A DNA stretch of 62,310 bases, filler included, from Choristocarpus tenellus KU-1152 (Eukaryota; Protista; Phaeophyceae), in NCBI GenBank assembly GCA_964200185.2. It is 10 parts of 10 records of this genome, joined end to end, with 100 filler letters (N's around TTAATTAATTAA, not from the genome) between each part and the next. Parts side by side here need not be neighbours in the genome. Positions count along the whole stretch, not along the records: positions 23,564 to 28,284 come from CAXNAD020013345.1; positions 28,385 to 45,171 come from CAXNAD020000772.1; 8 more parts are not named here. One strand, 5' to 3'. Every line of letters begins with the position of its first letter. The first letter of the stretch is position 1. Shown piece by piece: positions 23,668-36,100 of this stretch. The notes beneath the pieces were generated by a model. The model was not told the origin of the DNA and did not search any database. It worked only from the letters and a program-made list of their open reading frames with translations. A program made the translations under genes and the position numbers.

Positions 23668-26600
23668 GGGTGGAACGACACCATGCTCCAGTTCCAGAAA
23701 TTGAGTGGAATTTTCTTCACGCACATGCGCCATGCGACCAAAAAAAAAACAATCTCAAAAAAGAACATGCCTTCCAAGGAGGTGCGCATAGAAGCAGAAC
23801 GACAAATAACCAAACAATGACAAATAATCAAACCCGTGTAGGAAAATGGTATCATCTTCCTCCACAACGCAAAAATGACGTCAAGAAGATGCGGCACTCA
23901 AATCTTATCATTTGAAATAGTACCATCGAACTCCCCCGCCTCGTCATTGCGCAGGCTATGTATGTCGGGGGGGGGGAAGACACAGGTATTGATTGGCACA
24001 ACGAAACAAAACCTGTGAATAAATATGCTACTTTTTCTTTTTCTTTTTTTACTGGTGCTGTTGCGTCGCTTGCGACAAAGAAGAACCTTATTTGAGAAAC
24101 AGATCACATGCGTCTCTCCTTGCAAAACTAAGCACTGCGACAGCAGTCTAGAAGCAACGGCGATCTACAAACCAAGGAAGAATCCCTCGAGACCGTCAGA
24201 TCCGGTCCACCTCGCTAGCACAGTGTGTCCAGCTTATAAAGCCCTGAAACATCTTGGTATCACCGCATCATGCGCCACGCAATCTACCCTAACCCTCAAC
24301 CTTAGTACCTAAACCTACTTACAAAAATCATAACCACACTCATGCCTCTTAAAGGCAGTTTCAACACCCAGGACACGCTGCACCGACCCCAAGTCATCTA
24401 TTATACCCATAAAATTACGCACCCTCTCAGACCAGCACCCCTGCCCCCAAAACAACGCACTTCAACACTGTTCAAATATCCAACACAAAACACCTCCATA
24501 CTGCCGCCACTCCCCCACCCCCAACTACTCCCTGCAAGAGCAAGCCGCACTTTCATGTTTGAACTACTGCGTGGTGTGTTTCACATTGGAACTGGGGATA
24601 CACTAGTCAATCAGGCACAGTTATCTCCCCCTCTTCCCCACACCTGTCCAGGTGACTATGAGCATGTACTGGCAAACGCTCACAACTTCGGATACTCGAG
24701 TGTATGTAAGAGTAAGTGTAACTTCCGTTGCCAATAGGTACGCTTTAGAATAGTGCCCAATACAGTCAACCCAGCAAAATGTATCACTCTAGAATGGACA
24801 TTTGAAAAAAATCTCCATCATTACTGCACAGCACAGGAAAATGAAGCATTGTAAGATGATCCGAAACCACAACCCCAAGAACCGGTCGTGCTACCTCTCA
24901 CGCACTCTTTGGTGGCAAGAGATACACATTATATCCCCACCATCAAGCTGGAAAAACCTATCAAGGCATATTCCTCGTAAAGAGTCACTTGCAGTATGAA
25001 GATGAACAAAGCTGAGAGAGTTCACGGATGGGTGGAAGGAATACCGGTGATAATAGGTGAAGGAGTATCTAGGGATGAAAATTTCTATGTTCATCAGGGG
25101 CTTCTACTTCCTTGCTTCGTTGAGCATTTGCACGTCGTAGGGTGCACCTTTGACTGCATTTTGACCGCCGCACGAGAATTCCAGCTTACTCTTACGTGCC
25201 CTCTTGTGTTTTCAGTGGAGCATAGGGCAATATGGTATAGCATGACAGGCAGTAACGAGTGGTGGTCACTCTATCTATTGTCCTTGTTGGCTAGGGACAA
25301 TGCTTCAACAGGGCAAAAGGACAACTAGGGCCTCGGACACTTGAAGCAATTGTTCACTTCCAGTAGATGATATCGCCGACCTTGCGTCGTACACTGGGGA
25401 GAACATAAATTAGTTGTAACAACAGATGACCTAAGTGAAGAACTATGGATAAGGAATGGCCATTTCCCTAAACCACCACTAATAAACACATAGTCTTGAT
25501 TCCTGAGTCACAATTAACGGACACTGCCTGGGTACCAGGAACTAGGAAGGACGTAAACAGGTCAAAACTTCAGCCTGCGTTGCCGATCTTTAACAGGTAG
25601 CACGCCCGTAGACAGAGTGCTCTCAATACCCCCGACCCCCCAGAATACCCCATGATCTACAACATGCAAATCGCAAGCGGCAAATTGTTCAATAGAAGGA
25701 TAGGTGAAGTAGCAAAGATGAACATGTCTCTGGCGTGACATAAGACCGAGAAGTGCTTCTTCTACTACGGAAGAATGGGGTCATTCGTGGGGTGACTGGG
25801 GAATACCTTGAGATAACTTTGCAGAAACACTCTTATTACAGCATCTTGAGTGCAGTACGCACCGGAAATTCGAAGGTACGTAGGAGAGGACAGAATATAT
25901 CTCGCTAGCACAGTAGGGACAGAGCACTTCGCACACAACCCTCTGGTTCGAGACAAAAACCACTTACTTTTTGGCCCTCCAGTTCATCCGCCAATTCCCC
26001 ATCCATGCCTCCGGTCTCTGATATTGTCATTGAGGAGATCCTCCTCCATTCAAGGCCCTTGGGCAGAGCCTTGCGAATAGTCTTTTACCTCCTTTTGCAC
26101 CAGCCTATCGCCCTGCCAGGGCAACCCCCTAGCCCACCTAAGACAGTGAATACACAGGGTAAAGTAACTTTGAAGGAGAATATCGACGTGTTAGGGTGTA
26201 CTTTGACGTTCCTCCTTACAATTCGAAGTAAACAAAACTCAACTGCCCAAAATTAGTTGTGTTTGTTGAAAGGGGCAGATATATTGACTTGTGGTTACTG
26301 CCTTCAGAAAAGGTGGGTCAACCTACTTCAATCATTATCAATCTTGAAATGAAGAATACATTAGAATATATCAATAGTTCTAATACAACAATGTAGTAAT
26401 ACATAGTAGTGCAACTAATTTCGAGATTCTTCTTAGATATTGTATCCTATCTATCATGTTGCCATTTGACATACAGGATTGTAATGCGGGGGGAAAAAGC
26501 AGAAATGTAAACATGAAAAGGAAATAAATAAAGAGGAGAGAGATTGGAGGAGAGTAACGATCATGGAAAATAATAAAATATATATAACCACAAAAGGACC

Positions 26601-27967
26601 AACAAATGTATTTATATAGAAAAATTGACAAGAAACAACAAATGGTAACCTTCTTCAACTGACTCTATGCAGAAGGGCTTCTAATGTACTGAATCTTTTG
26701 TACTATAATACAAAAAATGATATACGTCTCCATGAATACTTCCAAACATCTCTCTACGTTTTTATTATTCTCTTTAGTATTATCATACTTTTGAATAGTC
26801 GTTGTGTCCGATCAAAAAGTTGTGCATTATGATGTATATTGAAGTGATATTTATTGTGGATTGTATGGGTAATTTTACCTATAGTGGGTTAGGGTTCCAC
26901 ATTTTCTTCCATTACACACAAATCGGAAAAGTGAAAAATGTCAGTGTGGAATAATGTATGACACAAAACGATATTGTCAATAGCTAATCCATATTTACAA
27001 TGTTTACAGGTATAAATTTAGTAGTGGTTCGTTGTGTAGTGGTGGGGGTTGGATGTCAAGTACGTGAGGTCGCCCTTTCTACTTATGTAATACAGGTTTA
27101 TGGAGTTCTTCCATTACTTCTCGCCTGCCTACATATAGTCCGTTTAGGGGTATTGCTTTTTGTTGCTTCGATATTCATCATATACATGTAAGTTGGTGTA
27201 TGTGATGCAGTAATCGTTGTTGTGGTTATCTTCTGTTCAGCACATGACTTTTCCGCTTCTCCATTCTCAAATTGTAATATTGATGTGTTTTGTTGTCTTT
27301 CTCCTTTATTTCTTGTTTTTCTAGTTGATAATCTTTGTCATTTGTAACGTTTTAGGTGTTAGGGGATAATATTATAGAAAAGAGCATGGGGTTTTGGTTA
27401 TACAAATATGGATGTAATAATTATATAGTATGGATGTAACTGGTTTTTCCCCTGACATATCTGGAAAATGTGAAAGAGAATAATAATAAAATGAAATTAC
27501 TTCTGAACGCCCCAAGATTAGACTTTCTCCTCACTAACTTGGCATCCATGCACCGAAAAAGAACAAAAAAGACAAAAAAACACCGAAAAGGAACTATATA
27601 ACTGGTGGGTTCTACACCTCACCACCAAACATTTAAAAATTATGATTGGTTGGATTTCTCGGTATCTAACAATAATTTCCATACGTCCTATCTACTACTT
27701 CCATATGTATATATTTGACTTCTTAGAGTTGGGATCCAGAAATCTCCAGGAATCTTATCTCCATGAGTGAAAAAGAAAGAAACAGAGAACTGAAAAGGGG
27801 AAACTTATGGAGTATTGTGAGTTATGTGGGGGAAAGAAATCGGATGGTCGAAATACCAATGGTAATCTGACTGTTGGGAACAATATAATGGTAACAATAG
27901 ATTCACCCTCGAAGGTTATCCCGTCATAACTTTGATGTAGATGTCAGATTTAAAAATAAAAGCATAT

Positions 27968-28103
27968 TCCAGAGTACAGGCTCCGTTGTTTTTTCGCCAT
28001 TTTTCACCATTTTTGAAGAAAGATTGGTCGTCATATTGGGTTCGAACCCTGGATTGTAGGTCAGCAAGAGTGGGAACAGATACACTATTACTTGATTAAA
28101 GTA
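27968..28103 (-). mobile_element. tRNA-like short repeat (putative SINE head), copy 2
   Basis: Homologous to 17588-17717; GGGTTCGAACCC B-box. Confidence 0.55.
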
Positions 28104-31100
28104 AAGTACCTACCCCGATTTTGTTCACCCATGGGTATGCCCTAAAAAAGCGGCACAGAGTCTATATGGTATAATATCGACTTTGTAGTAATTAGGGTTA
28201 GGGTTTGCTGGGAATCAATCGTCGAAGCAACTAATTAATCGTGGTGAGCTGGGAAATCAATCATAAGCTTCATGGATAGGATGGNNNNNNNNNNNNNNNN
28301 NNNNNNNNNNNNNNNNNNNNNNNNNNNNTTAATTAATTAANNNNNNNNNNNNNNNNNNNNNNNNNNNNNNNNNNNNNNNNNNNNCCCCCCCCAGATAATT
28401 TGAGCCAAATATCTCTGGTATTTTCAACAGGGAAGGCTAGCTGAGTAAAGGTTACAAGCGTTTGAGGGTTTCCAGCACCAACCCCTGTGAAAGGGATTGA
28501 TTTGTACATGTCCTTTGCAAGTACTATTACTTTTAGTTGGCGCAATTTTCCCTGGCCTTAGCTCTTTGCAACAAGGAGACCCAAATACGAACCCAAAACA
28601 CCACTACATTGTGTTCAAATAAGTCTATTAGATAGACTTTGTACATTTGATCAGAGCATTTGGAGTACTAGGGTACTTCAGACTGGATCAAACAAACTAT
28701 ACCTCTTAATAATTCAACAACACTGTAAAGATGATGGTGCAGTGCAAGGAGTTCAACTAAATCCACTCTGTAGACAAATCGTATATTTCACTAGGTTCCA
28801 GAGAAAGTACCTTCCAACAGGAGTAGGCTTTCCGACCAGAATATTCATCCCTCCTATGCATGAATACGAGGTACTCGGTATTATTTACTTCAAGTGATTA
28901 TCCGTGCCTGCTCTATTTTTACCAGGAATCTCTCAGGCAATTGAAGGAGCTATCCTTATGCACATTTGACACTGAAGCCCTAAGCCTGTTTCACCTGAAG
29001 CCCGTTACCTATCACTCCTGGGCGACCCCCATATGTAACCCCTCCTATCCTTGATGTTGCACCATCATTTATGACAAAATTGTACATTTTGGGTGCCAGG
29101 TATCTGTTACCAAGCAGGTCAATGGTGAGATGGTGACCATCAAGGAGACCATGGACAAGCCCTACCAGCTAAGGTTGTTGACGGACACAAGGCGCTTCTA
29201 AACATACTATACTGGGGGATTGCAACTGCGGTGTGGTCATGGAGAGCCCCCACTTCACTCCCCAACTCCTCCTATCTCCTGGGCATTGTCTCCAACCCCT
29301 GGTCCTTACTCTGAAATCATCGAAAAAAAATTACACCCAAATGTATTACGTCCCACTTGCCCCTTGTGTTTGGAGGGCTGGTGTAAGCTATGTTGCTAAG
29401 AAGCACTTCAAAATTATAATAAGCTTCCCTTGTGACAAAGTGCAGAGCAGAAACATTGATCTTCTTCATGGAAGAGCCTAAGAGGCAAGAATTTGAATGC
29501 AAATGCCAATGCATCAACTCATGTTGTGGTCTAAAGTGAAGGAATGGATTAGGGTGTCAACTGCCGAAGCAAGCAAGCAATTAATTACCTTGATAAGGCC
29601 CCCTAGGCAACAAACAGCAAGAGAGGTATTTAATAAAATCAATAGAACCGAAATATATTTTGACTTGGTGTAAAATAAATATGAGTAGTGAAGAAGATAT
29701 TTTTCATGTGTTTGTTGCAATTTAACCGTTCATACAATTGCAGTGTCATGTTGTGAAGTGAATATCAGAAGAGAGGTTATGCATTGGGAATGAGCCTGAG
29801 GGAGTATGGTCCTACGGTGAGGTTAGATGTCGAACTTCTCAACTCCTGCCACCTGGTGCTCAACAAGCACGAGTGCAAACAAACGCCAACCTAACAGGTA
29901 TCAAGAAAACTGATCAGGTGTCCAAAGTCTATCAAGCAAGAGGTTTGACAGTTTGAAACCTTGTTTGTGGTGATAACCTTGTTTTGTCTACATTCAACGA
30001 CCTACGGTAGGTTGCAGTGAGAGAGTCTGAACTTCTTCTCATCACCGATGGGGCAAAGATTGGCCAGGTCGAGCAGCTCCATATGACCTTGCTGGGCGGG
30101 CCTTTGGGCCTTCTGGGTAAAGGTTGGGCGAATGCCGAAGGCTGGAAACCGGGAGGAGGCGGAACAGATAGCACAGCTGGCGGATGAGGTGAGGAGAAAG
30201 GACTGAACGGAAGGCATTCATTAGTGAGCTCTTGAAGATAGTGTGAATATGCGTTGAATGTGTATGTTGAATATGACACAAGACAGGATATGTGTAAATA
30301 TTACAGGTAGAATAGACTTCTATATTGGAACATACCAAGTTTCAACTTTGGTTCGGGTTATGTTTTCTCTGGGAAACGCTGAGGATCTGTGGAGAATGAT
30401 CCTTACATTTCTTTCAAAGGCTGCGTCCCTGAAAGGGAAGGCCTGATTGCAGATCCTGTGAAAAAAACACAATGGGGTTTGTCCATGGGAGTCATAGTTT
30501 GCCAGAGAGAGGCATGTTGAAGTGGGGTGAGGAAAATGAGGGATGGCCTAGGGTGAGGCAGGAAATGCAATAGCATAGGTGAATGTCGCTATGAGGCAGA
30601 TAAGATGATAGATGAACTTATCCCTGTAAACAGACAACTAAGAGGGAGGGAGAGAGGGAGGGGAGTATGCTTCTGTACGCTTCAAAGTTCGTACCTACAA
30701 AACACTTTTAGGGGGGTAACCATATAGGTTAGCATATGTCCTCCATACATGATTTTCTTCCCTCTCGGGATGTCACTGCCTATCTCCTCAGGGAAGAACT
30801 TTGACCTTGCTTGATGATTTGCTTTCCTCTTTCACGCTGCACTACCCTTTCCTATATTGACCAATTGGGTAGTACCACTTCTAGAGGTGTCTATGCATTG
30901 CAATGTAATCCCCTCTGACTAGGATTACTTTATTCCTTGAGCACCTCTGAGACTCATGATTGCTGTCCTCATCGCCATGTTTGATTGGTTGTCTGATTGC
31001 AAAAGTACTGTATGTGATTAAAATTCTTCAGAATGATGCCTTGGGGGTGAGGGGAGGAGATGTCTTGAAGTGGAGAGTTTGAAGGGGTGCTTTTGGTATC

Positions 31101-32964
31101 GTTTGGTTGATTTATTTGTACCCTTCTCACCCTTCCTTTTTCCACAGTACAACTATATAATTCATACCTACTTCTGCTGTAGTGTGCTTGTGTCTGTTTT
31201 ATTTGTGCTCTGGGTGATGAGGATTCTATGAACTTGTACAAATATTAATGTTACAGTGTGCTTTAACCATATTGCCTTTCACTTCTTTCGACCCTTCTCA
31301 TTGTCACTATTTTTGGTTGGCTACCTTCAGCTTGTGAACCAGTCTTAAGGCCACCATCATAATTTCTTCCCCAAACCTTCGTCAACACATGTGCATGCAT
31401 ATTATTGGTGTTATAGGAGTACAATACACCCATTTGCTGTTCTTGATCTACATGCGCATACATATTGGGGTTGTCTTGTCAGGTAAACTCACAACACCGT
31501 GAGCTCAACAAGGTGGAGGAAGGTTCTGCACTATGCTTGGATACTGATGAGGTATGTACCAATAGCAACCAACTGGAACATGACAGTAGAAATATCTTCC
31601 TCAAGCCACCATCAATCTACCCCAAACCCTACCCTTTTGCTTGAGGAATACAGTTTGTAGTAGTATGGTAGAGTTATGTGATAAGAATAATGTGCAGGTA
31701 TGCTTGATTTCGGTAATATGAGCTGAGGATATCACACTAGAAATTGTTACTTGGATTATCATCTGAGTAGATGAGTATGCAAGAAATGGACAACTCCTAT
31801 TCTCAATACAGCAGGATGCAAATGGCAGATCAGGCTTGGATTGAGATTTTTCTACTCTTGCATGTGCATAATCCAAAATTTGTGGCTTGGTGTGGAAAAG
31901 GGTTGGACTGCACAGTGTGGTAATTGGACCCACACACCTAGCGGATGCGTTCACATGCTTCAGACTCATACATAACACATGCACACACACATTCGTCACC
32001 CCTCAGGGACTTATTCTGAAGGTGGCCATGTATTTTTCTGTGGAGGTACAGCCCCTGCCAGCATACATTGGTGAAGTTGAAAGAGGTAGTCAAGGCAACT
32101 GGAACGTACACTCCACTCCACTTTATCAGGCAAGACTAGGGTAATACAAACAGTCTCAAGTTCTGGCCTCAGCTTCTAAATGTCATTAGCTGTACAAGAC
32201 CACACCATTAAACAACTCAGATGGTGTGCTTGTTGCTCCTTGTGTGGATTTGTGTAGGGACAGGAATGCTCTGTAATAATTTGGGTTGTCTTTTCCCGGA
32301 GTGGTTGCATTTTGACATTATTTCCTGATCCACATGAGCACCAGTCATTGCACCTGCACATGGTTGTGGTTTTGTGGTATGATGCTATTTGTTGGTGATT
32401 GAATGACGACATTTGTGAGTCAGGAACAACGTCCTTTACCCCTCCAATTCCACTTGATATGATTTACCTGGGGATCTATATTGCAGTGGCTGCACCTGGA
32501 CTTCTTGGAGATGCTTCCAGAGGTGCCTCCCAAAGATAACAAGCCACGGGGCGGCAGGCATGACCATCTTCTGGAACTGTTTGGGGAAGAAATTCTTCAT
32601 GTAACCATAATGAACGCCAGGCCCTTTGTGGTGAGCAAATGGGAAGATCAAGGTAAGGAAGACAGCTGGTTATCACATTACCCAAGTCATGAACTGCAAT
32701 AGCTATTCTTTCTATTTTCTCTCCAGATGCACAGTCCTATTACTTTTATTCCTGCTCATTATACTGCCGCACAGAAAATTCCACAGACCAGTGGCTGGGC
32801 ATCAGTCGTATCATGCCTCAAGCACATTATAATTTTGACATACTGGTAACAAGAGGAAACGACCGACCCTACCAACCTTCCACCCTAAAATTGGCTTAGT
32901 TTGAAACGTAAGAGCTACTTCACATCCCAACAACACTATTTCCCACAGCCATAAATGCCCTACT

Positions 32965-33100
32965 TCAATTTTTTCATGTCGCGAGTTTTGGGTGATTTGG
33001 TTGCATACATTCGATGGATAATGTAAATGCACTTTTCCTGATTTTGAACCAAATGGGCACCCTGGTGTAGACCCCCCTCCTCCCCCCAGATACGTTGGAT
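32965..33100 (+). mobile_element. MITE family A partial copy; other fragments at 15-40, 11623-11643, 19790-19830, 28385-28406, 34385-34428, 53613-53638, 56525-56560, 62299-62310
   Basis: Shares GGGTGATTTGGTTGCATAC..GGATAATGTAAATGCAC..GGTGTAGAC-polyC-AGATAC with the full copies. Confidence 0.8.
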
Positions 33101-36100
33101 CAACAGACAGGATGTTTGGTCAGCCTATCCTCCACGCGCCCCCTTAACCCCCTTTCATAGATCTACCTGGAGTCGACATATAGTTTTTCCTCTTGACTGC
33201 CAAGTGTATTGGTGACAAAGTCTAGGCCTTCCCAGAACGTGTCAGGAAAACTGCTCTTCGTGCTAGTAGACACAATCTCTTTCTTGGTGTCAAACTTTCA
33301 GCAAGACAAAGGAGAAATACAAGAGCCACAAGTCGGAATGTGATGTCAATACAGAGATTGGCCTGATGAAATACAGTTTCTAGGGATAAGGGCAACTGCA
33401 GAAGAGCTTTGGTCATGGCTAGGGTGTTACTTCCGCCTAGGGATAGTTTTTGAGCATTGGCATTTGGGTAGGATTTATGGTATTGAGCAAGCGGAGGGTT
33501 CTCACCAGGGGGCATCAATGGCTTAGGTGTTGATGGACTCCTAGTTTAGCTCTTGCATTTGCAGAAGGAAATATGATTGTACTGATAGGGGAATGGGGAA
33601 GACAGGTATAAATGATGCTGATAGAAGAGTGTGGCAGGGATTTAGCTCTTGAATATGTTGTTGAATAGTAAAGTTGCGTAGTTCGGAAACGGAAAATGGT
33701 TGTGTTGTGAAGCGCTTTATTGCGTTTCTCAAGGGCCAAAGGGAGTTTAATATTGGATGGCTGAGTAGAGCCTGAGGTGTTATGGGATCAGGAACAAGGT
33801 TCGTTCACTGTATGCTCAGAGAGATTTGTAATATGGCATATGCATTTGGCTAAAGATATTTCTGCTAGGGGCAAGAGACTTACAAGGTTAGAGGGGTGGA
33901 AGAGATTAGGCTCATGTTTGAAGTTGTCAACCACTAGACATATGGCGAAGCAGTACTCAAGGTCCGGTAAGTTGCTACAATCACATACCTCACCCCACCC
34001 AACCCTATTGTCATGCACTAGTACAATTGCAATGCACATATGCATTTCTTCCCTACCCTAGGACATGATGGATCACCAGCCCTGTTTTCCTATTACATAT
34101 TTTCCAGGTGCTTCGGCTTGTATTTAACAGAAGAATTTGACCCCAAATGCAGAATATACTTCAAATTAGAACATAGCAAACCGGAAGGGCTAAGGTGACT
34201 ATATTCGCTTAAGACTTCTCATGGGTCGATATAATGAGTCACAGGGGGGTTGTTTTCATGTAATAAAGGAACTGTTCAAGTAACTTATTTTGGCCAAGGC
34301 CACCTGATTATAGCCACCCAAAGGACATTAAAAAAGAAATCTTGGATTTGCCTATCGACTTGTGATTGACTCGCCCACCACACTTCCAAATGGACAGCCG
34401 CCACCCCCCCCCACAGACACTTTAAGCCTGTTGTCAGTGTTAGGAAATTAGAAATCATAATCAATTGGTTTCCAATGCCTTCACCCCCCTAACCTGCCCT
34501 CATTCATTTGATTGCAACACATGTATGAAGTAAGAAGTTCGAGAGTTATTCCTCGGATATATGCATGACAGAAGAGGGGCACAGTGGCAACAGTGCAATA
34601 TTTGCTTTGTGCTTCAAGGGATAAATTCATTTATCAAAGTTTTTGTGTGCATATCAACCTCACATTGTTGATCAAATTTCAGTCCCTTGGGTGTGCTCTT
34701 GTCATGAAATAGACAACAGCATGCACAGACTAGTCAAAGAAAGATTAGTCATTGTCTGCAAGTTTATGGAAAACTCCAAGGTGTCTTGCTACTCCAAATG
34801 CACGCACCACCTCCAGGCGTAATTGTAGACCTTTCCATTTTGCCCCAGGTGTGTATTTCATTGTAAGCCTATTGTGGAGTCGGGAGCCTTGGGAACCAAG
34901 TGCAACGTCCAGGTCGGTAACATCACACTTGGATCACTCTCTGGTATTTCTTACATTTGATGGGCTAGTTAGATTTCTCCAAAACATTACTCCACGATGG
35001 TGGCAGATTTGTCCTCCAAGGTTCTCAAGGATGTTTGCCTAGACTCCTTGGGCCATGTACAAGTATGCTTGAGGCATCCGAGTTGCACTGGATAGGGATC
35101 GAACAAGCTTAGCTGCCATGCCCTTCTCTCATTTTTGCACCAAGATGTTGAAAATGTGCGCATGTATGTTTGACGTGTGAAAAGGACTGCGTTTGAGTGG
35201 TCACTGCCATGTACCATGTGCATAAACACCTACCAAAGTGTTGAAACCCCCTTATATATAGTGTTTTCCTTACACGCTGGTACTGTGTGTGCAGGAGAAT
35301 GTGTGCAATCTGACTGACCATACACTGGTAGTAGTGTGCGCAAAAGAGAGTGTGTAAACTGATCGTATGTGTACAGGAAAGCTGACTGATGTGTTTTGAC
35401 ATAATGTGATGTATTAGTGGATCTTGATATCATATATCATGTGCATACATCCGAGTGAGGGTATATTTCACTTATTCAATATCTTAGTGCTGAACCAATT
35501 TGAGATGGTGGGATTTGTTTTTCATTCCACCAAGGGCAAGGGAGGACTATGTTGGTCTTCATTTGTAAGACCTGTCAAAGAGATACATTCACCTGTACCT
35601 CATTGCAATTTATCATCTGTGCCAATTCCTCAATAGTGAAGATCCAAACAAACAATCAAGTCAAGTTGTCCTTACACCACCCCAATACAGTCTTCTGTTA
35701 TCATATACCCACTGCAAAGACACTTAAACGACACATGTACTAAAAAAGGCGGTCGTGCCTCACATCACTGCTAGCTACGCTGATGGGCCAACGCCTCAGG
35801 CGGATTATAGCATTTCCATGTACGCCTGCACGAACTTCCCTCACAACATCAGACAATGCGTGGAGTGAGCAAGGTAACTAAGGCAGTCCTAACCCTATCT
35901 CTGATACCAGAGCTCTCGTCTTACCCTCATGGCCCTTTTGTTATGCAATATGATGCAAGTAGGATGTGCTTCCGCACTATCAACGATGCCAAGGACCCCT
36001 TGAAAAAAGTGGAGTGCACAATGTTGGAGAACAGTCCCTCGAAACTTGGCCACCCTTACCCTAGTGCTTGCTCAGGATTGAATTTGAAACATCCTATCAA

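Noticed and set aside
33222-34061. ORFs in the E1 intron as the missing adenylation exons or a retroelement
   Set aside because: No GxGxxG, SNLNRQ, or RT/integrase motifs seen in the frames examined.
35866-35868. TGA at a conserved Trp of E1 as genetic-code reassignment or readthrough
   Set aside because: The same gene also has TAA, TAG and frameshifts. Intact genes in the window use TGG for Trp and TGA as a stop.
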